A DNA stretch of 64,000 nt, taken from positions 16,678,001-16,742,000 of the forward strand of contig CM120646.1 of the NCBI GenBank assembly GCA_051362555.1, read 5' to 3'. Position 1 is the first letter of the stretch, and every line of letters starts with the position of its first letter. Both the position numbers and the translations under genes were made by a program. Below are positions 25,046-36,641 of the stretch, piece after piece. The stretch comes from Lingula anatina (taxonomy: Eukaryota > Animalia > Brachiopoda). The notes beneath the pieces were generated by a model. It saw only the letters and a list, made by a program, of their open reading frames with translations. It made no database searches and was not told where the DNA came from.

Positions 25046-27745
25046 TGAGTGAGAGAGTGAGACCAGCAATAACATACCTTAATATATTAGACAGAATGAG
25101 GTATGATAAATCAGGGTTTTCTAAAGAGTATTAAAGAAGCATGGAAAAAGTAAATCAAATTCCTTGAAATCCATCAGACGTTGCTATGAAGATTTTTCTC
25201 TTATATTTGGTTTGGCATTACAGAAAAAAAAATGTCCTTGTTGTCTGTATTTGTCACTTTTTGTGCAAAATGTTGGTTATAAGAAAGCAAAGCAAATGGC
25301 AAGAAATTATATTATGCAAGTGGAAAATATTAAAAGGAAATATAAATGACTTCAATAAACTCAATACAATTACTTCAAAACTGAAATAGAAAACCTGGAA
25401 CAGGTAAAATCTGAAGTGTACTGCAAAAAGTGTTCACCAGGACCCTGCTCCTAATCAAGCTGCAGTGCTCTGCTGAAACATATATACCGAGTGAAATCAG
25501 CACTGTGATAAGCTCTCTCTCTGATGATACAAAAAATGATATACATATGCCATGCACACATGTCAACCTCGCTATCTAAACACTTTAAACAAGTACACAC
25601 GAACAGAAGCACTCACAACATTAAACAAAGTACAGAGACCAGTCTAAACGAAATGCAGAACCAAGTAAGTCTAAGGAGTGCAACTAATACTGCATAGTCT
25701 AACAAGACAGCTGTAGGTTAGTGATAGCCATAAACCCTTCCCATCTTCTAACCACCTGTGGCACACATACTGCTTATCACCAGGATGACAGGTTATTATA
25801 GATATATTGTGAACTTAGCAATGATCTAGCCTGCAGAGAAAGCAGCAGCATCTGGTTAATACAGCATCAAGTAAGGAGAAGACAGCCTGTACTGTTTGCA
25901 TGTAGGGAAGGAAGGAATAGGCCTTTCTTCTGTTGAACAAGTCTTTTCTCTTTTCTTATACTCCATAACTTAAGAAATATTTACACAATTTTGCCGATGA
26001 AAGTATTAAAAATAGCACATGTATATATCTAAAATGCACTTAAACTTCCATTTAGCATTTTTGGAAAAAAAATCTATGGCATGGCCATGTTATAGTTAAA
26101 CATCAATATCATTAAATTTTTTTGATAAGGCAATGAAGTGTAACATTCAGCTTAGAATGCACAGAACATGAACAGTTCAATTGGAATGCCAAAACCTATT
26201 CATCTTCAATGTTCACTTGCTCACAGTATATGGATAAAATAAATTTACTCTGAATTATCAAAATGAACATCCTATAATCAAAACACAGGGCTCAAGTTTG
26301 GAGTAAGGCTTTGTGATTAGCTTAAGTTGATATACAAACCTCCTCAAAGAATCCCTGTGTCTTCCTGAGGATATGTTTTAGCTCAGTAAGCTCCAGGTAG
26401 TTTCTCTTCAGAGCCTCGGAGTTGGCATTAACCTCTTTCATCTCGTTTTCCAGCTTCTCAAAGGTGGCCTGAAAATACGGATGATGGGATGGTTATATAA
26501 TGCGAAGACACGCAGGGCAAGATTTATTACATACAGGAATAATACTTTCACAACAAAACCACAACTGTGACAGGTATAAGTTGCCCGGCTATCTGAATTA
26601 CAATCTATCTGAACTTTTCAGAAACTTGAAGAAAGATGTCCATTCCCATCTTTTTAAACAAAATTACTTTTAAACCTTTTTTTTTTTCATAATAGACAAT
26701 TAATAGTACATATCTAACTTCAAGTCAATATTATAAAAATTTGCACTATAATACAAATGCAATAGTTTATTTAATTGCACAACTTCTTTTTCTGGGATCA
26801 AAGAGGGCTAAAATTTTGGCCTTAACGTTAAGACCAACATTTGGTCTCAAGTTCCCTCTGTGAAACCTGTCCCTGGTACCTCAAGGTCAATCATCTCCCT
26901 GGGTGCCGGGGCCTCAGGATTGTCCCCAGTGTCTAACATAGGGATCCCATCCTTTTTGATCTCCTTCTCAAGGAATCCTGAAATTATCACATTCGTTATT
27001 CGTTAATTTGCTACTGAGATTTTGGTCAGTTATCATTTACTTAGCAAACCCTACTTCTTCCTGCTTCATTTTTTTAATTTATCTGTACTATTCTCTCTCT
27101 TCTTGTTGAAATTTTGAGATTGGCTATGTTTAAGGTTCAAATCTGAAATATTATAATGTGAAAAAGTCCTATAAATAAAATTTCGAGATTTATTTTCATC
27201 TTATATGAATTAAGAGCATACTAAGTTTTCTCTCCATTTCATCACATCTTCTGACTTCATTTACAAACTTCCTCTGGAAGGCATTCACATCTGGATTCAA
27301 CTGGAATGAAAAATAAATAAAGATAGATAGAAAACATCCACAACAGACTGAGCTCAATTTCAAGCATGCCAGATATGCGTGGAAATATATTTTATAATCT
27401 TTTTCTTTTAACTCAAATGATAATTCATTTATAATATACCCGATACCCTTCTTCCATATTGCCTTTACAATTATATTTATAATCATTATTTCTACATGAA
27501 TTTTAGTGAAACCACCTCCAGCTTTTAATACCAGCCAGAAAAAAAAAATAACATGACAGATATGTAACCTTTTGATTGTACATTATATTTAAATGATTAT
27601 ATGGCTGCAATTAATTAAGGTGCCTTACATCTCTGAACTGCACCAATCCCAACTCTCCTAACTCCGACACACATGCATATGCTGCCTCAGACTGGAGGAA
27701 GAGCTGACACAAGGTCATCTCTTCACTTCGGAATAGCGTCCCCAT
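8381..27745 (-). CDS. ATP6V0A1: V-type proton ATPase V0 subunit a (116 kDa; ATP6V0A1/Vha100-like)
   Basis: Starts [39 protein letters not shown] (27629-27745). Later exons encode [99 protein letters not shown] (contains the essential Arg), [27 protein letters not shown]; stop TAG at 8381-8383. About 21 exons per isoform. Confidence 0.97.
10231..10495. mobile_element. MITE (PIF/Harbinger-like) in a V-ATPase intron
   Basis: Imperfect TIRs agggtcagtttgcacaagagaactttagac...ttggtcttatc and gataagaccaa...gtctaatgttttttgtgacgttggcccct; similar to the termini at 14990/15471 and a half element near 26830-26877. Confidence 0.6.
12062..12199 (-). CDS. V-ATPase a alternative C-terminal loop exon, copy 2 (138 nt, phase 0-0)
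   Basis: ttctttag|[46 protein letters not shown]|gtcagt. Confidence 0.8.
12566..12670 (-). CDS. V-ATPase a alternative C-terminal loop exon, copy 1 (105 nt, phase 0-0)
   Basis: ccactag|[35 protein letters not shown]|gtatac. Confidence 0.8.
14990..15471. mobile_element. MITE with a second TIR element nested inside (~15209-15422)
   Basis: Outer termini ggggcccgtttcccaaaa and tttttgtgacccaggctccc; inner termini ggctctattcccatagat..agatcgatcta and taggtcgatcttatctatggaaatgggg. Confidence 0.55.
20490..20578 (-). CDS. V-ATPase a N-terminal mutually exclusive exon B (89 nt, phase 0-2)
   Basis: tttggcag|[29 protein letters not shown]-gg|gtaggt; joins upstream ...GFFEE to downstream (G)FVAGVI in frame. 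Confidence 0.85.
21712..21732 (-). CDS. Candidate 21-nt microexon (NPPAVVP) in V-ATPase a
   Basis: tttgcag|aacccacctgcagtagtacca|gtaagt; frame-preserving, no stop; TGCATG motifs downstream on the minus strand (~21682, ~21515). Confidence 0.6.
22867..22976 (-). CDS. V-ATPase a N-terminal mutually exclusive exon A (110 nt, or 89 nt via an internal acceptor; phase 0-2)
   Basis: ctcaccag|AEHHQRQ(cag|)[29 protein letters not shown]-gg|gtgagg. Confidence 0.88.
24203..24217 (-). CDS. Candidate 15-nt microexon (LSSRT) in V-ATPase a
   Basis: ctaaggaaatgccttacag|ctctcatcgcgcaca|gtaagc; TGC just upstream of the acceptor; several TGCATG downstream (~24115, ~24050, ~24021). Confidence 0.55.
24994..25060. 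repeat. (GT)n/(GA)n microsatellite, representative of several in the window
   Basis: Directly visible. Others: (GT) ~12701, (CA) ~17160 and ~23796, (AAT) ~21522, (TAAA) ~24318, poly-C ~32751, (ATTT) ~33537, (TAT) ~53909, (CT) ~55676. Confidence 0.95.
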
Positions 27746-28059
27746 CCTGAAATTTTGGAGCCCTTACTTCTGAAATTAGGAAAACTGATTTTGTTGTAAA
27801 ATCTATTAAAAGTTTCTTGAAGAGAGAGAACTCGGTATGATCACTACTCATATGGTGGTAATTCTTCGCTTCCGTCATTGCCAAACTAGATCTTTTTTAA
27901 TTTGAAAAATATACCAGATTTGCAACGGTTTCATCACAAGAAACCCCTCTAATCACATATCCCATAAAAATAAGAAAATATATGACTTCATTTTAATTTA
28001 TAGTCATCTACTTAGTGACCACATTTATTTTCAAAATGCTACTTAAAAATTTGCAATGA

Positions 28060-28620
28060 CCGGCGACCGACTCGTGACATGACTAAAATTGCAACAGAGG
28101 ACAACATTTATCTGCAAATTGTATGAAATTCCAAAGGTAGAAATTACAATTACTGATATCAAGCTCAAATTAGACAATTTGTGATCATAAAAACAGAAAA
28201 TTTTACCTTGGACACTCTCTATATTCTGTGCAATAACCGATTTTTTAGACCGACTCCCTTCCTTCAAATTTTTCACAGGATATCGATTTGTCTCGTGACT
28301 GAAGTGACGTCATCAGCACTCACTCACCTCTGTGACCTTGAGATTAAAGATGGCTTATATCTATCCTGATTTAGTGAAAGAATGATTAAGATTATAGAAT
28401 ATAACGATGAAAATTAAATAAAATATACTGAAGAATATCTATGTTGTATTTTCATAAAGTTACCTTTCAAAGCGGAAGTCAACTGCGGGACAGATTTTTA
28501 ATGGCGGCTTCCTTCAAAATGAAAAAGCCAACAAATCCCTAACTAAAGTTCGTAATTTTTGGACGGTTTCTGAAGTTCAAAATACGTCACAATTTCCGGA
28601 AAGGTTGAATATCACTTGAA
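28060..28620. promoter_or_regulatory. Bidirectional promoter region between V-ATPase a (-) and HSPBAP1 (+)
   Basis: CpG-enriched. V-ATPase non-coding first-exon donor (cagag|gtgagt, ~28327), CRE palindrome tgacgtca (~28306), ETS-type cggaagt (~28472) and ttccggaa (~28595), YY1-like aatggcggc (~28500). Confidence 0.65.
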
Positions 28621-28787
28621 GTTCATTGCAGCTAATGATTTATGAAACAGATGTGTTGTTTTTCATGCATATTTATTTAAATCGTAGCAGACGAACTTTA
28701 CTACGAGTTTTTCGCATTTGTGTCTGACGTGGTTTAGCAACCGACTAAAAGCTTTCATGTTTTTTTTAATCAAGTTGCCTCATCACA

Positions 28788-31700
28788 ATGGCTGTAATAC
28801 CCCCAGACATATGTTTCAACCTTGTGTTGAATGGACTGACCAAACCAGCTGTGTTTAGAGGCATGACCAGGTCGTGGTCAGCTAGTGGTTGGGACTTGAA
28901 GTCACTGTCCAGTCTTCTGGGGGACAAAGTGGTACAGTTTAGAATTGGCCCAAATTCTTGGGATTCCAAAGGTAACAAGTTGTAAATGCCTTTTAAAGGT
29001 AATCGAATTAATGTAGCGCTTATGCATTAATTAAAAATTGACTAAATTTACAGTGAATGTAGGTTAAATTTTTTTATTGTGATAATTTCAGCATTTCTCC
29101 TTCCCTTTAAAAGGGAAAATACAATATCTCAACTTCAGCAGCTATTTAGAGAATGAACTATTCATTGGCTAAAATTGCTCACTGATGACTTTTGTGATTT
29201 TAATGGTGTACATTGTCATTTTATCAGTGCTATGGGAATCAGACTGCTGTTATGAGGAAGCCACGGTGCAAGATTTCCAAGAATGGTTAAACCAGGGAAA
29301 AGAAGGCCATGCCAACAATCCTTTGCTGAAGTATTCTTCCAAGAACACTTGGGCCTATGCTGACTATAAATATATGGCTGAAATGTTTGCAGACCAACCT
29401 GAAGTGCTGAAGGTATGAGAAGACCTAAATTATTTCAAGAAGTGGTATGGAGGAGAAAAATAGTGTTGAATAGCCCAGAAGAGTTGATGAAAAAAAATCA
29501 AGAATAAAGTTTCTTAAATTTATTTAATTTATTTCTTTAATTTATTTAAAGTATGTTTTAGAATCTAATTAGGCAATAAAGTTAAACAATGCATGTAGAG
29601 ACTACCTTCTTCCAGAAAGTAGTTCCAGTTTGGGTTACTCTCCTTACATGAATTATGTAAAAATGAAATGTGTTGCAATATGAACTGTTCTATAACTGAG
29701 ATTTATGTTTCAATTTTCCAGGCAGTGAGCTGGGAAGTGTTTGGGTTTCCTGACAGAGATGGCACTCAGAGTACACTGTGGATGGGCAGCTGTGGGGCGC
29801 ACACACCTTGCCACTATGACACATATGGCTGTAATCTTGTGGCACAGATCAAGGGAAGGTAGCTAACATTTTTTTTTAACTTCATGTACAGAGAACAATG
29901 TTTTGTAGAAGTTTAAAGTTGTCCCTAAAATTGATATTAGCACACTAGGTATTAGCTTGCAAGTTTCATTATACAGTTTTAAAATTTGATATTTTTGATA
30001 TTTCATGCACAGCACTGTAACATACTACAGTAACTGTGCAGGCTACTTGTGTTGGACATACAATCATGTCAGTTTACAAACAACTGCTCAGATCTGTTGA
30101 ACACAGTCTCTTCCAAGATCTGCCTTTGCATTCTATATGAATATATGTACATTCCAGGAAAAGGTGGTTCCTGTTCCCCCCTCACAGTGCCCTCTATCCT
30201 ACCAGGGTGCCATACGAGGAGTCCAGTGTGTTCAGCCTGGTCAATATAAAATGCCCAGATCTCAAGAAATTCCGAGATTTCAAGGTGAGATGTGAAATAT
30301 AAGAGAGCATCAATAATTATTGGCTATGAAGGATGATTGTAGTATTAGCATTGGAACTATTACGAAGGAAAAATCTTAAAGCACTAGTAAAATTTCAAAT
30401 AATAAATATTTCATGCCAGTGGGATTACAATGAACTCATAATGCTACTTGACCAAAACAATGAAAACACTGTGGTATGGATATCAAATTATTATAGCTAT
30501 TCAATTAGTATCTACTATGTTACAACAGTAGCACTGAATCCAGGGGAATTGTTGCTTGTGCCCAAGCAGTGGTGGCACTAACTAAGAAATATCCAATTCA
30601 GTTTTAATATAGCTATATTTTTATTTCAGAACTGCCAGCCCTACATAGTAACACTAAATCCCGGGGAAGTGCTGTATGTCCCCAAGAAGTGGTGGCACTT
30701 TGTAGAATCTTTGGACACCAGTCTCAGTGTCAACACCTGGATTGAACTGGTCAGTATACAGTCAATGTGAGGTCAGTGTAGCATTGGTCAGTTATTTGCC
30801 AGACAATCAGAATAAATTCCTGGTACAAATAAACCTTCTCATTAAGTGTTTGTTTGGTTATAGTGACCTGAAGACTGTATTTCACTGGTATACCAGTGGT
30901 GGTACAAATTCAGTATAACCGTATCTTATTTTATTATCATTCTTTGTTTATATAATTATTTCTATTTCAGCCCAGTGACACAGAAGTCAGAATGGAAGAA
31001 GCGGTGGTAAAAATTCTGGTTTCTTCTGTAATGCTGCAAACAGAGGAGGATTCCACATCCTGGTTAAATCCCACTGAGGTATTGCATTTATTTCAAGTCT
31101 TGGTTATTTAATAAGTAATTTGAACAGAATTATAAGGAAATAAATTATTTAAAGTGAAATGAACCAAATGTGTTTAGATATCCATATATCTGTGCCATGT
31201 CAATTTTTCAAATTAAAAAAAATAATGCTGTCGTATGAAAAAAAAAACTGATTTTTACCTACACAGGAACTGTCAGGCCATTCCGTGAACATGCAATACC
31301 TAAACCACGTGTTAGTTGAAGTCACTAAATCTAGATCAGCTGCAGCAAGGGTCCCGGGGCTCAAGAGAAAGTTTACAAAGTCTTCAGAGCTAGATAGAAG
31401 AAAACAAAATGTCAACCAAGCACTGGAAGGTAAGAAATTCAAAAGAGGGTGTGATGCAGATGAGACCCCTCCAGTTTGTGTATCCTGTGGTCTGGGGTTA
31501 CCTTGGACAGAGGCAGGGGATGGTCAGTTGTGTCAGTGTGAAAATGAGCTTCCTCTGACTGGACCTGGTGACACAGATAAAACAAGTGCAGAAAGAGAGA
31601 CCTTGCCTTCTCGAAATATTAAAGAAATAAAGGAATCTGCAACTATTTTGGGCAGTTCTTGTACTTGTACTCACCCAGGAATGGGTATTGACTGTGGAAC

Positions 31701-32112
31701 TCATTTTCAAGAACGTATAAATGGAAGCATCATGGAAATACTGGAAAAATACAAAGATCATGTACATTTAGTGCAACCAACAACATTTGAAGAGTATTTG
31801 GAAATTATCAAGCATGGAGTGTTTGAGAGTTCGAGTGAAAATGAGAGTGTTTTAAGTGAAAGTGAGACTGAGGCTAAAAAGGAAAGTGAAACAAAAGATG
31901 AAAGTATTACTGACAAGGCATGTTTTACCATGACAAGTGAAGTACAGTGTGACAAGAAAATGTCAGTGAGGACTGGGATGGACATTGCTGATAGAGAAAT
32001 AAGAGGACAAATTGCCAGCAGGGTAACCACTGAAGATTTTGTCAATGCCATAACACATCCAGATGCAATAGCTTTAATCTGTAAGCATCTCATAAAAAGT
32101 AAAAGTACTTAA
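28788..32112 (+). CDS. HSPBAP1: HSPB1-associated protein 1 (JmjC/cupin domain), 7 coding exons
   Basis: Exons 28788-28971, 29228-29412, 29722-29858, 30158-30284, 30630-30749, 30971-31078, 31267-32112. Family motifs [72 protein letters not shown]; HxD...H metal triad intact. Confidence 0.95.
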
Positions 32113-33538
32113 TGATTTTGAAAAGAATCAAGATAAAGAAAGGGATTGAAAGTTTAATGATTCAGAAATAGAAATTCAAGGATAAAGAGGGGTTAGTTGG
32201 TTCAGTTTTGAAAAATACTTTTCAGTCTGTCATTCAATATGGATCTTTATCAAGGCTTGGTGTGAATAATGTTGGTGATATATAGGCCTAGCATGACAAA
32301 AAATATAATTGCAATAATGATAATAAAACCCTAAAATATTTGCTCTGCATTATTATTTCTGATACTGATTCTAGCAAATTTGATAAGACAAGTTACACAT
32401 TGAATCTGTGACGCATGGCTACAGGGAGTACTGTGAAGTGTAATGTAACTTATGGTTTGATCAACTGTTGTCAAAACTTTTGTCTAACGTTTTTCATAAA
32501 TAGGAGAAAAAGTGGCCTGCTAGATATTCATTAAGTTATGCACATGGTAAGACTTAATAGCCTTAAAGGTTGTAGTTGTCTCACAGTGCATGCTGTTGAG
32601 ATATTAATTGTTACATTGAAGGCACACCTAACACAGTCATGTTCTGATGAAGACCATGAATGGTATCATTTCCATGGGGAATGTATATCCTTGTCCTTCT
32701 GAAATGAAGACAAGTATTTCTATAACCTCCTCCTTTGTGGGATGTGTGCACCCCCCCCCCCCCCCCCCCCACCTCCCCAAGTGTGTTGAAAACACCTAGC
32801 TCATGTCTCTATTGGCACAACTACTGTAACATTGGTATCTCACCTTTCAGTCTCTCCCCTACAGTAAAAGAAAAGTTTTAAAAAATTACATGTCTGTATA
32901 AGACCAAGATTCAACATTTTAGCCTCAAAACAACATATGATAAAGCTACCAGCATTTACCACTTTGGCCATGGGTGTGCACTGTATAATGAACCTATCAC
33001 TTGCCATGTGTCATTATAATTGATGTTTGTCATTCCCTAAGCAGAACATGTCATGTGTAATTGAAATCATGTACCATGGTGCTCGTTGTCACCAAGTTTC
33101 ATTGTGATAATATACAGAGAAGTGTCATGTTAGCACCTGGGGCTGGGTCTATTAAAGAACTAGAAGACTGAAGGTTTGTCTTTACTTTTTGGAACAAATT
33201 GTTAGGCACTGAGGACAGCTGAGAGAGCTGAATTCTGTAGCTGACTCCAGCTATATGAGGATCTGCTTCACAAAAAAAGTTAAAAGTGAATGTGGGTTTG
33301 ATCATGAAGATCACATTTTCGGTCAGCTGTGACACAAGATAAATTTGTAGTAACTAATAGCTGAGTCCAATTCAAATGAAATATTGCACCTGTTTTATAA
33401 AAATGAAGAAATATATCCCTGGTTTAGACCATTTCTTACTTCTTATCTATTTAAAAGGACATTGACAGATTTATCAGTCTAAAATCAAGTATAGACAATT
33501 AGGTCTTCAAGTGATGACCAACTCTCAGGCTAAAGAAT

Positions 33539-33573
<35 letters not shown>

Positions 33574-36500
33574 TTAGTTCATACTTTTTAAGAATACCTT
33601 TGCAAGTTCTGTTCCAATACTTCAAAAAAAAAAATTACACTCAGATGTCACCTGAAGGTGGAGGAGTTGTTTTAAACCTACACGTCATTGCACGCTACAT
33701 GTACTCATGTACTACCTGAGTTAAGACCAATATCACGGCATTTGAAATAAATGAAGATGTATGTTATTGCTTTTACATTGCATATGATACCATCTTGATT
33801 TTATTCTGATGATATCTTGAATCTGGAATTCAGACTGACTTGAAGGAATGATAAGTATATATTATCAAATATTTTAGTGTCATTGGGCAGACGTAAATAC
33901 TGGGATTAATGATAGTTTTGGCAAGTCTAATGTTATATCCACTGAACTGAAAACGATACACTTTTCGTCCTTGTAGAAAAGATGGTTTAGACATTTGAAT
34001 TTTGGGCAAAATGTTCAAAACAAGAGGTGGGAGTTAAAATTGGTTCAGGAAGGTTGAGAATTTAGCTATTTGTGAATAGCACAGCTACTGTTGAAGAGGT
34101 ATCAGTAATGGAACTTTATTGGTATGGTGGTTATTTATTATTATTTAAAAGATTATTTATTTTTATTTCCTTATAATTTTGTGAACATATCTGGTACATT
34201 TTTTTTTTTTTTTTTTTGCTCAAAAGTCAGACTTAAATCAAATTATTTCATTCTGAAGTTATACCTGAGGTAACCCAAGCATCACATTGAAAAACAAACA
34301 AAAAAAGAAAAAAAAAGGACTGACATTTTTGTGGGTTTTACCAATGCCACATACTCATTGAATGCTAATGCCCATTTTGCCCTCTAGTACAGACATGGAA
34401 GTATAAGTGATGAGCCAGACATTAGTATAATATGACTGAGCACTGGCCCACTTTGTATTCAGGTGTAGTAACTACAGCATAATGACTCTGGTGATGGTCC
34501 TGTGGCACACCATAGTTTACAAGGTGGTGACCATCTCCTGTCTTATTATACAGCATATGGAAGTGACCGTGACTTGACCATTCAAATAACATTACCCGGC
34601 TTCTTCTTGTGTTTTATGGTATACTGACTGTGTAACTCATGTAGGGGAGTCAGACAGTCTCATATATTTGATTGGTATCATGGATATGGCACACAGGTGT
34701 GCTGTAGTCGTAGTATCACGTATGCTTGCCTGTGGTTATGGTGCACCGTGCATAAAAAGCAAATAGGAAATGATCGCTGAGGATACTTTCTCTCATTTTC
34801 CATTATACAAATACAAGAAGATTACTTTATACTGCCTCTATTTTCCATATCTGAAAAGCTTTAATTTAAAAAATTTGATTTGTAATATTTCTTTTTTCTA
34901 CTTCTTTTTTTAAAGAAATTGTGAAATAATTTTATTTTGTACGTTTCAACACATTTTGTATGTTTTAACACGGATTTGTCCCTACTAGTGCTCTTTGTGC
35001 CACCGGAGAGTGTGCATTCTTATAGATTATTATTATTCACACTTGACCTTTACTACCAGTACAGTGTAAAAATGTACATGTATTTGACAACAAAGTTTTT
35101 ACAGTTATGTCATTGTCTCCAGAGATTCGCCAATATTGATGTCATGAAGGTCCTTTTAAATAACATTTCTCAACAATTGTCACATACCAAATATATTGAT
35201 TTTATAAATAGAGAAAGTATATTTAATCATAGATTATATGCCTATTGTCTTTTTTTCTTTTCATTTCACAGATTAAAGTATTATTATGCAGAAAAATGCC
35301 TTCTGTTTATTTGTTTTGTTATTTATAAATGTCAGATGGCATTGTTCCTTTGCATATAGTAGCTTAATCATTCAGGCCTTTAAGTTATGATAAATAAAGT
35401 GGTGTATGTTTCTTTTGATCTTTGGATTTTCTTGTACCTGTACATTGATGACTTGGGGAGAGGCAGTGGGAAGTCATTTACAACTGTTAACTTAGCCTAA
35501 AGGAGATAAATTTCAGACACCATAAAAAAAGAATGATATAGAAGCTGGTAACCTATTTTCTAGCTGTATTGAATTGGGTCTACACAGCTTTGTTAACATT
35601 AGAGTTTTTTTATTTATTCATTTACTTTTTGTTAAGCAGGTTTGGAGGAAAAATGTTGCTATTCAATAAGCACAAATTGTGCAAACATAAATATTGATTA
35701 AGTTTTCTCATCATCTGGAAATTTCCTGTCAATTTCTTTTTGATCCCATAAAAAATAGTAATGATAAAAGGATTCTTGCTCTGGATCTAAATTTAGTGGG
35801 CATGTAGAGTTGCTCTGTTCACTGTGGGTAGAACTGAAGACAAGAGTATAAAGCAATAACTCTCTTCACTGCTGCTTAAAAGAGTGAACTAATCCATGGT
35901 AACACGATCCTAGCGTTTAACCCTCACACAATGCCCCAATGTTGGCATGAATGAGGTGGGGGATAAAAGGTGTGCTTAGGAGGCTAATTTGGATTTGGTT
36001 GCTCAGATAACAAGCTTTCTGGGCCCTTGTGTACCCTCTTTTCACAAGGGTCAGGAAGGCAATGGTATGCACCCATTGGGGGTGTAATGGGGTGTAATGA
36101 CTTAAAGAGTTATAAGGTTTCAACCATGTAATGAAATAACCACTGGATGCAAAAGTTTTTTTAGTGCTATGCTGTCTAAGTTAAAGTTAATTCTATCAAA
36201 AGGGAAAATTTTAAAGCTTAAACTGATGGTCTTGTATAAATTATTTTAAAATGCTTAGAAACATATGCTTGTAAGTTATACTGTATGCGCAGCTGTTAAC
36301 ACTCATAAAATTTGAAATAAGTTATTTATTTAATTGTGGACACTTGTAGAGGTAAAGGAAACATAAGAGACAAACACTGATTAACAGTTGCTCCGGACAG
36401 TCAGGTAATGATTGCCCATCACTGAAATAAACAAGACAATAGATATCACATGGGGAGCAATTCATCAGAGGTGATTCAAATAATCCAAGCTTACAACCAC

Positions 36501-36641
36501 TGATACCACCCTCTCCTCTCTAAACTTTATCAATATTTTTCAGTTGGCTCATTTTTTTTTTTCAACAGAGAAAAACAAAATTTCATCTTCACAAATTAAA
36601 ACAGTTTTTTTTTTCAGGTAAAGTATTCATACTGCAATAAA

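Noticed and set aside
28065-28300. CLEAR/TFEB-like ctcgtgac sites in the first V-ATPase intron
   Set aside because: They lack the CACGTG/CATGTG core, so the match is too weak to call.
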